Origin: Bryobacteraceae bacterium
Lineage (GTDB): Bacteria; Acidobacteriota; Terriglobia; Bryobacterales; Bryobacteraceae
Length of the DNA: 64,000 bases
NCBI GenBank assembly: GCA_050011295.1
Contig: JBEKJJ010000003.1
Coordinates: 14,406-78,405, forward strand
Direction of reading: 5' to 3'
In this document: in pieces, positions 18,309 to 27,174 of the stretch
Numbering within the stretch: position 1 is the first letter of the stretch
Layout of the letters: each line of letters opens with the position of its first letter
Notes under the pieces: generated by a model
The model's database searches: none
What the model was told of the DNA's origin: nothing
What the model saw: only the letters and a program-made list of their open reading frames with translations
Position numbers and translations under genes: made by a program

Positions 18309-19799
18309 TTGTATCTTATACTGACACTAGGCGCCCTATCTGTTCTGATGGCCTTGATTCTGACGCCCGTCGTCCGCGACGGTGTTGGCAGGTTTGGCTT
18401 TCTTGACCATCCCGATGGAGTACGCAAAAAGCACGCGACGCCGGTACCGCGAGTAGGTGGTATTGCTATCGCATTGGCCTACGTAGGTACGTTCGCGATC
18501 GCATTCCTACTGCCCTTCAGCTACACACTAGTAATGCGCAGGGCGCTTCCCAGCATCCTGCAATTGGCGATGGTCGCGTCCGTGGTATTCCTTACCGGTG
18601 TTCTGGACGATTTGGTGGGATTGAGCGCGTGGCAGAAGCTCATGGGAATCGGCGGAGCTGGCGTGCTTGCATACTTCGCGGGCATCCGGGTCGACATTCA
18701 CTTACTGAACTTCCTTCCGAACTGGCAGTGGCTGGGCTTCGTGATTACGGTGGTCTGGCTGATTGGCTGCACGAACGCATTCAACCTCATCGACGGGATG
18801 GACGGTTTGGCGGCCGGTGTGGGCCTGGTAGCGACATTGGCAATGTTGATCGCCGCGTTGACGCAAGGCAATATGCCTCTGGCCCTTGCCACCATGCCGC
18901 TAGCGGGATGCTTGCTCGGATTCCTGCGTTACAATTTCAACCCGGCTTCCGTTTTTCTGGGCGATAGCGGCAGTCTGCTGATCGGTTTTCTGCTGGGATG
19001 CTACGGCGCGCTGTGGAGCGAGAAATCCGTCACATTGATAGCGCTGACGGTCCCGCTGCTGGCGCTTTCCATCCCCTTACTGGACGTTATTCTTTCGGTG
19101 TTGCGGCGGTATTTGCGGAACCGGCCGATTTTTGCGCCGGACCGCGGCCATATCCACCACAAGCTCTTGGAACGCGGCTTCAGTCACAAAACCGCCGTGC
19201 TCACTATTTATGGATTCTGCAGCGTAGTGGCAATCCTTTCCTTGCTGATGAGTGCATTTCACAGCCGATTCACCGGGCTCGTCGTGATCGCGTTTTGCGC
19301 CATGGCATGGTTTGGAATCCGACACTTGGAATATGGCGAGTTTGCCATGGCCGGCCGGATGTTTCTACAGGGACGGTTCCGGCACATCATCGATTCCGAG
19401 ACCAAGTTGCTGGACTTTGAAAAAGCCTTGACGCAAGCGGCTAATCTGGATGACTGCTGGAAGGAACTGGTGACCTGGAGCCGTGAGTTCGGATTCCAAG
19501 GGATTCAAATGACCGTGAATGGGATGGTGCTGGAAGATTTTGGAACGCACGACGCCAAAGGCGTCTGGGAATTGAGGATTCCGCTTCCCGACGCACAATG
19601 CATCACTTTCTTCCGCAGCTTGGAATCTCCGGTTGGCCCGCTCATTTTGAGCGCGCTGGTCACTTCCGTGCAACGGGGCCTACAGGGTGCTCTCAACAAG
19701 GCTGCTGTCAGGGAGCCGGAAGTGGTTCGAATTCCAGCCGCCGCCGAGCTTTACTATACGGCACGCGCAACTGTGGGCGGCAGCAAGGTCGCTCAGTAA
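18309..19799 (+). CDS. MraY/WecA-family (GT4) polyprenyl-phosphate sugar-1-phosphate transferase with C-terminal extension
   Basis: Motifs DHPDGVRKKHATPVPRVGG and NAFNLIDGMDGLAAG, with multiple TM helices. TTG start preceded by GGAGGAG. About 130 extra C-terminal residues compared with a typical WecA. Confidence 0.85.
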   Translation: MYLILTLGALSVLMALILTPVVRDGVGRFGFLDHPDGVRKKHATPVPRVGGIAIALAYVGTFAIAFLLPFSYTLVMRRALPSILQLAMVASVVFLTGVLDDLVGLSAWQKLMGIGGAGVLAYFAGIRVDIHLLNFLPNWQWLGFVITVVWLIGCTNAFNLIDGMDGLAAGVGLVATLAMLIAALTQGNMPLALATMPLAGCLLGFLRYNFNPASVFLGDSGSLLIGFLLGCYGALWSEKSVTLIALTVPLLALSIPLLDVILSVLRRYLRNRPIFAPDRGHIHHKLLERGFSHKTAVLTIYGFCSVVAILSLLMSAFHSRFTGLVVIAFCAMAWFGIRHLEYGEFAMAGRMFLQGRFRHIIDSETKLLDFEKALTQAANLDDCWKELVTWSREFGFQGIQMTVNGMVLEDFGTHDAKGVWELRIPLPDAQCITFFRSLESPVGPLILSALVTSVQRGLQGALNKAAVREPEVVRIPAAAELYYTARATVGGSKVAQ

Positions 19800-19849
19800 G
19801 ATTCACGCATTCAGCCAGCGCCGAATGAAGGGTCTGTTATCATCGCAGC

Positions 19850-20635
19850 TTGACTGAGCCCCACCTCGTGCCGCAAGTTGTGATCGTTGTACCTTGCTAC
19901 AATGAGGCCCTTCGACTGCCGGTCGTTCAATTTCAAGAGTTCCTCGGCAAATCTCGAGTCCGATTCGTCTTCGTTGATGACGGAAGCCGCGACAACACCA
20001 TAGAACGGCTTGAGGAGTTGCGCCGCGGGAATGAAGATCGAGTGACCGTGCTGCAGTCCCCGCGCAATCAAGGCAAGGCCGCTGCGGTTCGCCAAGGCGT
20101 GACCTTCGCGCTCGAGCACGGCGCGGGCCAGGTTGATAATCAGGTTGAAGATTATGTTGGCTATTGGGATGCCGACCTCGCGACGCCGCTGGACGCCATT
20201 CCTCAGTTTATGTCCGTGTTTCGAGGAAAGCCCGGCCTGGATATGGTATTCGGTTCGCGCGTCAAGCTGCTGGGCCGCCACGTGGAACGGCGGGCTAGCC
20301 GCCACTATCTTGGTAGAGTGTTCGCCACGGTGGTTTCCATTATGCTGCGACTCCCGATCTACGATACGCAGTGCGGTGCAAAAATCTTCCGCGTCTCGCC
20401 AGAAACCCGGGATCTGTGGGCTGAGCCGTTTCGTACAAAATGGATTTTTGATGTCGAGCTTCTGGCCCGTTACATACGCCGCGTTGGATCTTCCGATTCA
20501 GCGGCGCAGCGGATCTATGAGTTTCCTCTGGACGCCTGGCAGGATGTGGGCGGCTCTAAAGTCAAGGCGTTGGATTTTCTGATCGCCTTTCGCGACGTGC
20601 TTCGCATTTACTGGAAGTACATGCGTACTATTTGA
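19850..20635 (+). CDS. Family 2 glycosyltransferase
   Basis: VVIVVPCYNEALRL...FVDDGSRDNT...WDADL is a GT-A fold signature. Start codon is uncertain (TTG 19850 or GTG 19868). Confidence 0.8.
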   Translation: MTEPHLVPQVVIVVPCYNEALRLPVVQFQEFLGKSRVRFVFVDDGSRDNTIERLEELRRGNEDRVTVLQSPRNQGKAAAVRQGVTFALEHGAGQVDNQVEDYVGYWDADLATPLDAIPQFMSVFRGKPGLDMVFGSRVKLLGRHVERRASRHYLGRVFATVVSIMLRLPIYDTQCGAKIFRVSPETRDLWAEPFRTKWIFDVELLARYIRRVGSSDSAAQRIYEFPLDAWQDVGGSKVKALDFLIAFRDVLRIYWKYMRTI

Positions 20636-21755
20636 CAGGCTGCGTCAGAAATGCATCGATCGCCGCGGAGATGCGCTCGCTGGCGCGTCCGTCGCCGTAC
20701 GGGTTGTGGGTGCGCGCCATCTGATCGTACGCGGCCCGGTCCTCAAGCAAGGCCGTAGCTTCCGTTACGATGCGTGCTTCGTCGGTTCCCACCAGCTTCA
20801 CGGTTCCGGCGATGACTGCTTCGGGCCGTTCGGTCTTCTCGCGCAGCACCAGGATTGGCTTGCCCAGAGACGGCCCCTCCTCCTGAATTCCGCCCGAATC
20901 GGTGATCAGCAGATACGCCCGGCGCATCAGATCGACGAACGGTACATAACTCTGCGGCTCAATCAGCCGCACGTTGGGATGGCCTTCCAGATAGCGATGG
21001 ACCGGATCCTGCACGTTCGGATTGGGATGTACCGGATAAACCAGTTGAACATCGCTGCGATCCGCGATCCGCGCCAAGGCCCGGCAGATTCGTTCAAATC
21101 CTTCTCCGAAGCTCTCGCGCCGGTGCGCGGTCACTACGATTAGTTTCTTAGCGGGGTCGAGCTGGGGCCACTCGCGGCCCTGCAATTTGTGCTGCTCGAG
21201 GCCATCCCGAACATAAAGAACCGCGTCGATACCGGTGTTGCCGGTAACGCTGATCGAATCCGGGGAAATTCCTTCACTCCGCAAGTTCCCGGCAGCCTGC
21301 TCGGTCGCGGCGAAATGCAGGCTGGTGATTTTGGATGTGAGCACCCGGTTCATCTCTTCCGGGAAAGGCTGCAGCAGGTCGCCCGTGCGCAACCCGGCTT
21401 CCACGTGCGCCACCGGAACGTGGGAATAGAAACCTGCCAGCGCTCCACACAGCGTGGTGGTGGTATCGCCCTGCACGATCACCATTGCGGGCCGCTCGTC
21501 AACCAGCACTTTCTCAAGCGCCGCCAATATCCTGGACGTGGATTGGAACAGCGTTTGACCGGGCAGCATGAGATCCAGATCGTGATCCGGCTTCACGTCA
21601 AACGCTTCCAGCACCTGATCCAGCATCTGGCGGTGCTGGGCCGTGACGCACACTTTCACATCAAATTTTGAAGGATCTTCGCGGAGCTTGCGAACCACCG
21701 GGCAGAGCTTGATCGCTTCCGGCCGGGTACCGAAAATAAATAGCAGTTTGTGCAT
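20628..21755 (-). CDS. wecB: UDP-N-acetylglucosamine 2-epimerase (non-hydrolysing)
   Basis: 375 aa. MHKLLFIFGTRPEAIKLCPV, HVEAGLRT, ITDSGGIQEE are classic WecB/MnaA motifs. Confidence 0.9.
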   Translation of the reverse strand: MHKLLFIFGTRPEAIKLCPVVRKLREDPSKFDVKVCVTAQHRQMLDQVLEAFDVKPDHDLDLMLPGQTLFQSTSRILAALEKVLVDERPAMVIVQGDTTTTLCGALAGFYSHVPVAHVEAGLRTGDLLQPFPEEMNRVLTSKITSLHFAATEQAAGNLRSEGISPDSISVTGNTGIDAVLYVRDGLEQHKLQGREWPQLDPAKKLIVVTAHRRESFGEGFERICRALARIADRSDVQLVYPVHPNPNVQDPVHRYLEGHPNVRLIEPQSYVPFVDLMRRAYLLITDSGGIQEEGPSLGKPILVLREKTERPEAVIAGTVKLVGTDEARIVTEATALLEDRAAYDQMARTHNPYGDGRASERISAAIDAFLTQPVK

Positions 21756-21780
21756 TAATTTGACGCCGATGGTTCATCGG

Positions 21781-22812
21781 CTACCGGACCTGATTCAATT
21801 CGCGCGCGCGGTGGTCGTAGTTCCTGGCGTAATAAGTTTGGTAGTCGCCCGACTTCACATCCCGCACCCACTGGCCGTGCGCACGATACCACTCCACGGT
21901 GGCTTTTAGGCCGCGCTCGAAATCCATTTGCGGGCTCCAGCCGGTTTCCTTCGCGAGCTTCGCGCTGGACAACGCATAGCGCCGGTCGTGCCCCGGGCGA
22001 TCCGTGACGGTGGTCATCAAACTGGTGGGCTTGCCCGTGATTTCGAGAATCTGTTCGATCGCCCATCGGTTCGTTACCGACCGGTTACCGCCGATGTTAT
22101 AGATCTCGCCGTCCCGGCCTTTCTGAAGAATCTCGAACAGTGCGCGGCAATGATCCTCCACATAGAGCCAATCCCGTACCTGCATCCCATCTCCGTAAAC
22201 CGGCAGCGGCTTGTCCTCCAACGCGTTCGAGATCATCAAAGGAATTAATTTTTCGGGAAACTGGTACGGACCATAGTTGTTGGAGGCGCGCGTCACCATT
22301 ACCGGCAGCTTGTAGGTTTTGAAATAGGCGAGCGCCAACAAATCCGATCCGGCTTTCGATGCCGAATAGGGGCTGCTGGGTTGGAGCGGGAAGTTTTCAT
22401 CGGCTTCGAGCGGTGCGTTGAGACTTCCGTAGACTTCATCGGTGGAGACATGAATGAAGCGGGCCACCGCTCTCGCTCGCATGCTTTCCAGCAGATTGAA
22501 GGTACCGCGCAGGTTGGTTTCGAACACCGGTTCTGGCGAGAATATGCTTCGATCCACGTGCGATTCGGCCGCGAAGTGAACTACCGCGTCCGGCGCGGTT
22601 TCTTCAAAAATTTGGCGCAGTCCGTCTAGATCGCAGATATCAGCCTTCTGAAACCGGTAGCGCGGGTTGTCGGCCACCGTCGCCAGATTTTCCAGGTTCC
22701 CGGCGTAGGTGAGCTTATCAATATTGACGACCTCAGTCGAAGCGTCTTGGAGCGCGAGGCGGATAAAACAAGAGCCGATGAATCCGGCGCCTCCGGTGAC
22801 CAGGATTTTCAT
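21781..22812 (-). CDS. rfbB: dTDP-glucose 4,6-dehydratase
   Basis: 343 aa. MKILVTGGAGFIGS, YSASKAGSD (YxxxK), and PGHDRRYA near the C-terminus. Confidence 0.92.
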   Translation of the reverse strand: MKILVTGGAGFIGSCFIRLALQDASTEVVNIDKLTYAGNLENLATVADNPRYRFQKADICDLDGLRQIFEETAPDAVVHFAAESHVDRSIFSPEPVFETNLRGTFNLLESMRARAVARFIHVSTDEVYGSLNAPLEADENFPLQPSSPYSASKAGSDLLALAYFKTYKLPVMVTRASNNYGPYQFPEKLIPLMISNALEDKPLPVYGDGMQVRDWLYVEDHCRALFEILQKGRDGEIYNIGGNRSVTNRWAIEQILEITGKPTSLMTTVTDRPGHDRRYALSSAKLAKETGWSPQMDFERGLKATVEWYRAHGQWVRDVKSGDYQTYYARNYDHRARELNQVR

Positions 22813-23585
22813 TCAGCCTTTATTGTATGAGTTGTCGGGATCGAGCCGCATCTCTCCTGCTGCCAAGCCGCAGAAATGAGCAGCGATGTGGGACGCTTTC
22901 CTACGGCACGCTCCAATAGATATTTGGGGTAGACAATCAGAACGGTGGCAAGGATCTTGCTCCATTCCGAGTAAAACAGTTTTCGCGAACTGGGATCTTT
23001 CCACCAATCATCCGGATGGTACTGGGGATCGGGCGCCGGTATCGCGATGAATTGGATGCCCGGGCAGAAAAGCCGGAAAACAATGCCGGCCCTGCGCGAA
23101 TGGTACGCGGTGGTTACCAGAAGTACCCGCTTCACGCCGCGCCGCGCTAGCTCCGGGCGAAGCACCATCGCTTCCTCGATGGTAGACCGCGAATTGTGGC
23201 CGAAGCTCTCGAATAGCCGCGGCGGATAGCCCTTTTTGACGAGGAATTCGATAGCCAGTTCGCCATCCATGCGTCCCTGATAGGGAGTGCCGCTCATGAG
23301 CGCCAGAGGCGCATAACCTTGGACGGCCAAGTCGGCGCCCTTCACCACGCGCGGCCCCCAGAAGTCGCCGGCCAGAACCAGAATAAGATCTGCGGAGCGG
23401 GGTTGCTCAGATGAAATAAGATAGGCGCCCAGAAAATTCAATACGGCTTGCCATTGGATCGCGAGCGCCACTGCCAGAAGGATGATTAGGGTGACGAAAG
23501 AGCGAAAGGACCAAAGACGCCGAGCCCACCGCACCGGAAGAATATGAGCGTCGATGAACCCATCATATCGTGTCGAGCCTCCCAT
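22809..23585 (-). CDS. YdcF/DUF218 (ElyC/SanA-like) family protein
   Basis: TM helix followed by DLILVLAGD...LLVTTAYHSRRA, the DUF218 signature. ATG 23585 chosen, since the longer ORF-track extension runs antisense to the TPR gene. 4-nt overlap with rfbB. Confidence 0.7.
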   Translation of the reverse strand: MGGSTRYDGFIDAHILPVRWARRLWSFRSFVTLIILLAVALAIQWQAVLNFLGAYLISSEQPRSADLILVLAGDFWGPRVVKGADLAVQGYAPLALMSGTPYQGRMDGELAIEFLVKKGYPPRLFESFGHNSRSTIEEAMVLRPELARRGVKRVLLVTTAYHSRRAGIVFRLFCPGIQFIAIPAPDPQYHPDDWWKDPSSRKLFYSEWSKILATVLIVYPKYLLERAVGKRPTSLLISAAWQQERCGSIPTTHTIKAE

Positions 23586-23711
23586 AATGCGGAAGAGGCG
23601 TTGTCCAACAGCGCAGGCTCTCAGCCCAAGGTCGCAGCCGCAATTCGCGGGCGGTTTACGGATGTAATTTTGCGCGTCCACAATGTTATAGTGCGAGTTG
23701 AACGCGTTGCA

Positions 23712-24818
23712 ATGAAGTTTTTGGCCCGAATATTTGTGTCCGCGACCGCTTTGATCGCCGCGTCCGGCGCGTGTGCAGCTACCTTTGAGCAATTGGCCGC
23801 GCAGGCCAACGCCGCGCGGGAGGCCGACAGAATCCCGCAGGCCATCCAGCTTTACAAGGAAGCTCTCCAATTGAAGCCTGCGTGGCCGGACGGATGGTGG
23901 TACCTCGGGACGCTTTTTTACGATGGCGATCAATATGAGAGCGGCCGGAAGGCCTTCGCCGAGTTCGTCAAGCTGGAAGAAAAGGCCGCGCCGGGATGGG
24001 CGTTCCTGGGACTTTGTGAATCCGAGACCGGCGACTACGCGCACGCGCTGGAACACATTCGCCGGGGACTCGAGATTGGTACCGGCATTGAGCCAGCCAC
24101 CGAACAGGTGATCCGTTTCCATGAAGCGCTGCTGCTGACTCGGACCGGTTTGTTCGATCAGGCGTCGCCCAGGTTCATGCCGTTCGTGCGCCGCGGCGTT
24201 CACGATCCGACGTTGATCGCGGGTATCGGCCTGACGGCTCTGCATGAGCAGCTTCTGCCAAAAGAAGTGCCTCCAGAACGCCGGGAATTGATAGCGTCGG
24301 TGGGAGAGACGGTTTATCTCTGGATGTCCGGCGATACCACTAAGACGGGGCCGGCTTTCCAAGCCCTGCTGGAACGCTATCCAAACGCCGTGGGCGTTCA
24401 CTTTCTATACGCTACCTATTTGCTATCATTCCGGCCGGCCGAGGAGGCGCTGGCGGAATTGAAGCGCGAGCTGGAGTTGAATGCGCATAGCGCCGACGCC
24501 CGCGCCATGGTCGCGCTGATCGCTATGCGGGCGGGTTCTGAATCCGCGGCGTTGCCGATTGCGCGACAAGCTGCCCAGGATGGCCCGATGTGTCCCATGG
24601 CGCAGTACGCGTACGGATTGCTGCTGGCGAGCTCGGGAGATCTTCGAGGGGCGATCGAACATCTGGAAACGGCCGAGCGGCTGGATCCTGCCAATGTCGA
24701 ATACCATATGGGCCTGGCGGGAGCGTATTCGAAGGCTGGCCGGCACGGTGACGCGCGGCGCGAACGGCGGACTTCGATCGCGATTGCGAAGGAGAGCGAT
24801 CCTCATGGCCCGGGTTAA
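23712..24818 (+). CDS. TPR-repeat protein with signal peptide
   Basis: Start at MKFLARIFVSATALIAASGACAA. Repeated TPR-like helices (AIQLYKEALQLKPAWPDGWWYLG, AIEHLETAERLDPANVEYHMGLAGAY). Confidence 0.75.
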   Translation: MKFLARIFVSATALIAASGACAATFEQLAAQANAAREADRIPQAIQLYKEALQLKPAWPDGWWYLGTLFYDGDQYESGRKAFAEFVKLEEKAAPGWAFLGLCESETGDYAHALEHIRRGLEIGTGIEPATEQVIRFHEALLLTRTGLFDQASPRFMPFVRRGVHDPTLIAGIGLTALHEQLLPKEVPPERRELIASVGETVYLWMSGDTTKTGPAFQALLERYPNAVGVHFLYATYLLSFRPAEEALAELKRELELNAHSADARAMVALIAMRAGSESAALPIARQAAQDGPMCPMAQYAYGLLLASSGDLRGAIEHLETAERLDPANVEYHMGLAGAYSKAGRHGDARRERRTSIAIAKESDPHGPG

Positions 24819-25845
24819 TCTCACCGTAATCATCGGCATGAGTTTGCCGCTCGCGGCATTGGCTGCACCGCCTGCCGACAAAACCGGCTGTGCCACGTGC
24901 CACCAGGAAGAAGCGCGATTGGTGCCCAAGTCCGCTATGGGAATCGCGATTGAGCTGGCGGACGATCAAGCCGTGCTGAAAGAGCACCCCCACTTGAGCT
25001 GCGCAAGTAATGGCTACAAGTACGTTATCGAACGCAAAGATGGCGTAAGCATCTATACGGTGAGCGATGGCACAGCTTTGCTCGAACTTCCGATTCGTTA
25101 CGTATTCGGAGTTTCCTCGCAAACGTTCGTGTTCGAATACGAAGGCCATTTTTACGAAAGTTTGGTTAGCTACTATCCGAACGTGGGCGGATTGGCCGTC
25201 ACTATGGGCAGCGAGCGGCTGCGGCCGCACAATCTGGTGGAAGCCATGGGGCGGGAAACATCCATGGAGGAAATCGTATCCTGCTTCGGATGCCACAGCT
25301 CGGACGGCGTAAGCCAGGGACGGCTGGCGCTGGATACCATGCGGCCGGGCCTGGATTGTGAGCATTGCCACAAGGGCGCCAACGCGCACCAGGAGGCTCT
25401 GGCGCAGGGCAAGCCAGCGGCGACTCCAAAAAAATTGGGCGAGATGCCGGCCGAGGACATGTCGAACTTCTGCGGGACGTGCCATCGCACTTGGGATGCG
25501 GTGATCCGCATGAAGACTTGGGGCCAGGTGAATGTGAGATTTCAGCCCTACCGGCTGGCCAATAGCAAGTGCTTCCTGGGAAACGACCGGCGGATTAGCT
25601 GCACGGCCTGCCACAATCCGCACGCAAATCTGGTGCGCGACGACGCGAGCTACGATCACAATTGTCTCGCGTGCCATGGAAAGGCTGCGGCCACCAGCGG
25701 CGAGGCTATGCAGAAACCTTGTCCTGTCGCAAGTGCGAAATGCGTCAGTTGCCATATGCCGAAAGTGGAGTTGCCCGGAGGCCACAGCGTTTTCACCGAT
25801 CACCTGATTCGCGTCGTGCATGCAGGCGAGCCTTATCCAAATTAG
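24805..25845 (+). CDS. Multiheme c-type cytochrome (7 CxxCH)
   Basis: MARVNLTVIIGMSLPLAALA signal. Heme motifs CATCH, CFGCH, CEHCH, CGTCH, CTACH, CLACH, CVSCH. GGAGAG lies upstream of ATG 24805. Overlaps the TPR gene end by 14 nt. Confidence 0.85.
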   Translation: MARVNLTVIIGMSLPLAALAAPPADKTGCATCHQEEARLVPKSAMGIAIELADDQAVLKEHPHLSCASNGYKYVIERKDGVSIYTVSDGTALLELPIRYVFGVSSQTFVFEYEGHFYESLVSYYPNVGGLAVTMGSERLRPHNLVEAMGRETSMEEIVSCFGCHSSDGVSQGRLALDTMRPGLDCEHCHKGANAHQEALAQGKPAATPKKLGEMPAEDMSNFCGTCHRTWDAVIRMKTWGQVNVRFQPYRLANSKCFLGNDRRISCTACHNPHANLVRDDASYDHNCLACHGKAAATSGEAMQKPCPVASAKCVSCHMPKVELPGGHSVFTDHLIRVVHAGEPYPN

Positions 25846-25847
25846 TT

Positions 25848-25944
25848 GTGGGGCAGGGCCGTGCCCTGCCAGGTGCACCAACGATTGCCTGAGAGCCGGA
25901 CAGTTGTCCCCTCAAGGTCCCGGCAGGGCATGGCCCTGCCCCAC
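25848..25944. repeat. REP-like element: two inverted copies of a self-palindromic about 26-mer
   Basis: GTGGGGCAGGGCCGTGCCCTGCCAGG (25848-25873) is mirrored by CCCGGCAGGGCATGGCCCTGCCCCAC (25919-25944). Each copy contains a GGCAGGGC/GCCCTGCC hairpin. The element starts 3 nt after the cytochrome stop. Confidence 0.75.
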
Positions 25945-26036
25945 CAGGCCATTGGGATGTCATCCGGAGCCCACTATTCAAACCAGGCCGCGCAGGCGCA
26001 TAATTGAAGAAGTCGCGTCTTCACTGATGAGGCGTT

Positions 26037-27143
26037 ATGGACTCGCGAACGTCAGCTATTGCCGCCATGTTGCTGGTTGCCGCCGTGGGCGCCCACGCAC
26101 AATTCCCTTACGACGGGCGCACCACTGAGAAGGCCATTTATTTCTCGGGAGACGTGGCGCTGGAAGACGGATCAAAACCTCCGGAAGCTGTGCTCATCCA
26201 GCGAGTTTGCAAAGGTGTCGCGCGCGACGAAACGTGGACCGATTCGAGAGGCCGCTTCAGTTTTAAGGTGACGGCCAATGGCACCGATACCTCCACGGCC
26301 GACTCAGCACAAGCTACTCCGGACAAGGACCTCAGCAAGCCTATCGGCAACTCGACCTATTATTCCAGCCCGATCACGGCCGCGCTCCGGGATTGCGAGG
26401 TGCAGGCGGTATTGGCCGGATTTTGGTCTGAGCGAGTCAGCATCGCGGTGAAAAACATTCTGGACGACACCAAAATCGGCCGGCTGACTCTGCATCCAAT
26501 GAGCCCCGGCCAGGCTCTTACGGTGAGCGTCACCACGCTGTCTGCGCCCACGAATGCCAGAAAGGCCTACGACAAAGGCGTGCTGGCAGTGCATGAGCAA
26601 CGCTGGGATGCGGCCTCTGGTGAATTCACGAAGGCCGTAGCGGCGTACCCAAAATTCGCGGCTGCTTGGTTTGAGCTGGGCCTGTTGCGGCAGAACAAGA
26701 ATGACCTGGCCGGCGCGGCCGACGCGTGGAAGGAAGCTCTGAAGAGCGATGCGAAATACGTGCGGCCTTACGAGGGATTGACTGCGCTTTCCGAACGCCA
26801 GCAGAATTGGGCGGACGTGGAAAAATATTCCCACGATTGGATCCAGCTCGATGCCGAGGATTTCCCCGCCGCCTATCTTTACAACGCCGTGGCGAGCGCC
26901 CGGCTAGACAAAGTGGAGCAGGCCGAGCATGCAGCGCGCGAGGGGATTCGCATCGACAAAGAGCGCAAGATCGCGCGGTTGAGCTATGTGCTGGCCCTGC
27001 TTCTCATGCAGAAGCATGAGTACAGCGAGTCGGCCAAGTTCTTGCGAACCTATCTGGAGTTGGCGCCTAACGCGAAGGACGCCGCCATCGTGCGCGAAGA
27101 GCTGGCCAAAATTGAAGCTGCCGGAAGCGCCCCTCCGCGTTAG
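26037..27143 (+). CDS. Secreted protein with carboxypeptidase-regulatory-like N-domain and TPR repeats
   Basis: Signal MDSRTSAIAAMLLVAAVGAHAQ. An N-terminal beta-sandwich-like segment (TDSRGRFSFKV) followed by TPR-like helices (AAWFELGLLRQNKNDLAGAADAWKEALKSD). Confidence 0.7.
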   Translation: MDSRTSAIAAMLLVAAVGAHAQFPYDGRTTEKAIYFSGDVALEDGSKPPEAVLIQRVCKGVARDETWTDSRGRFSFKVTANGTDTSTADSAQATPDKDLSKPIGNSTYYSSPITAALRDCEVQAVLAGFWSERVSIAVKNILDDTKIGRLTLHPMSPGQALTVSVTTLSAPTNARKAYDKGVLAVHEQRWDAASGEFTKAVAAYPKFAAAWFELGLLRQNKNDLAGAADAWKEALKSDAKYVRPYEGLTALSERQQNWADVEKYSHDWIQLDAEDFPAAYLYNAVASARLDKVEQAEHAAREGIRIDKERKIARLSYVLALLLMQKHEYSESAKFLRTYLELAPNAKDAAIVREELAKIEAAGSAPPR

Positions 27144-27174
27144 GCGAGAGTATACTCGTTGAGGCATCTCGCGC

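Noticed and set aside
23659-23674. GG-N10-GC spacing (CGGATGTAATTTTGCG) upstream of the TPR gene
   Set aside because: Only the GG and TTGC match. The -24 hexamer otherwise deviates from TGGCAC, so the match is too weak to call.
23586-24401. N-terminal 270-codon extension of the YdcF/DUF218 ORF (ORF-track 22809-24401)
   Set aside because: The extension is antisense to the signal-peptide-bearing TPR gene and has no protein-like features. DUF218 homology begins after ATG 23585.
24523-25881. 452-aa minus-strand ORF covering the TPR/cytochrome region
   Set aside because: It runs antisense to two genes with clear domain content (TPR repeats, seven CxxCH). Its translation is Arg/Ala/Pro-rich and motif-free, which is a typical shadow ORF in GC-rich DNA.
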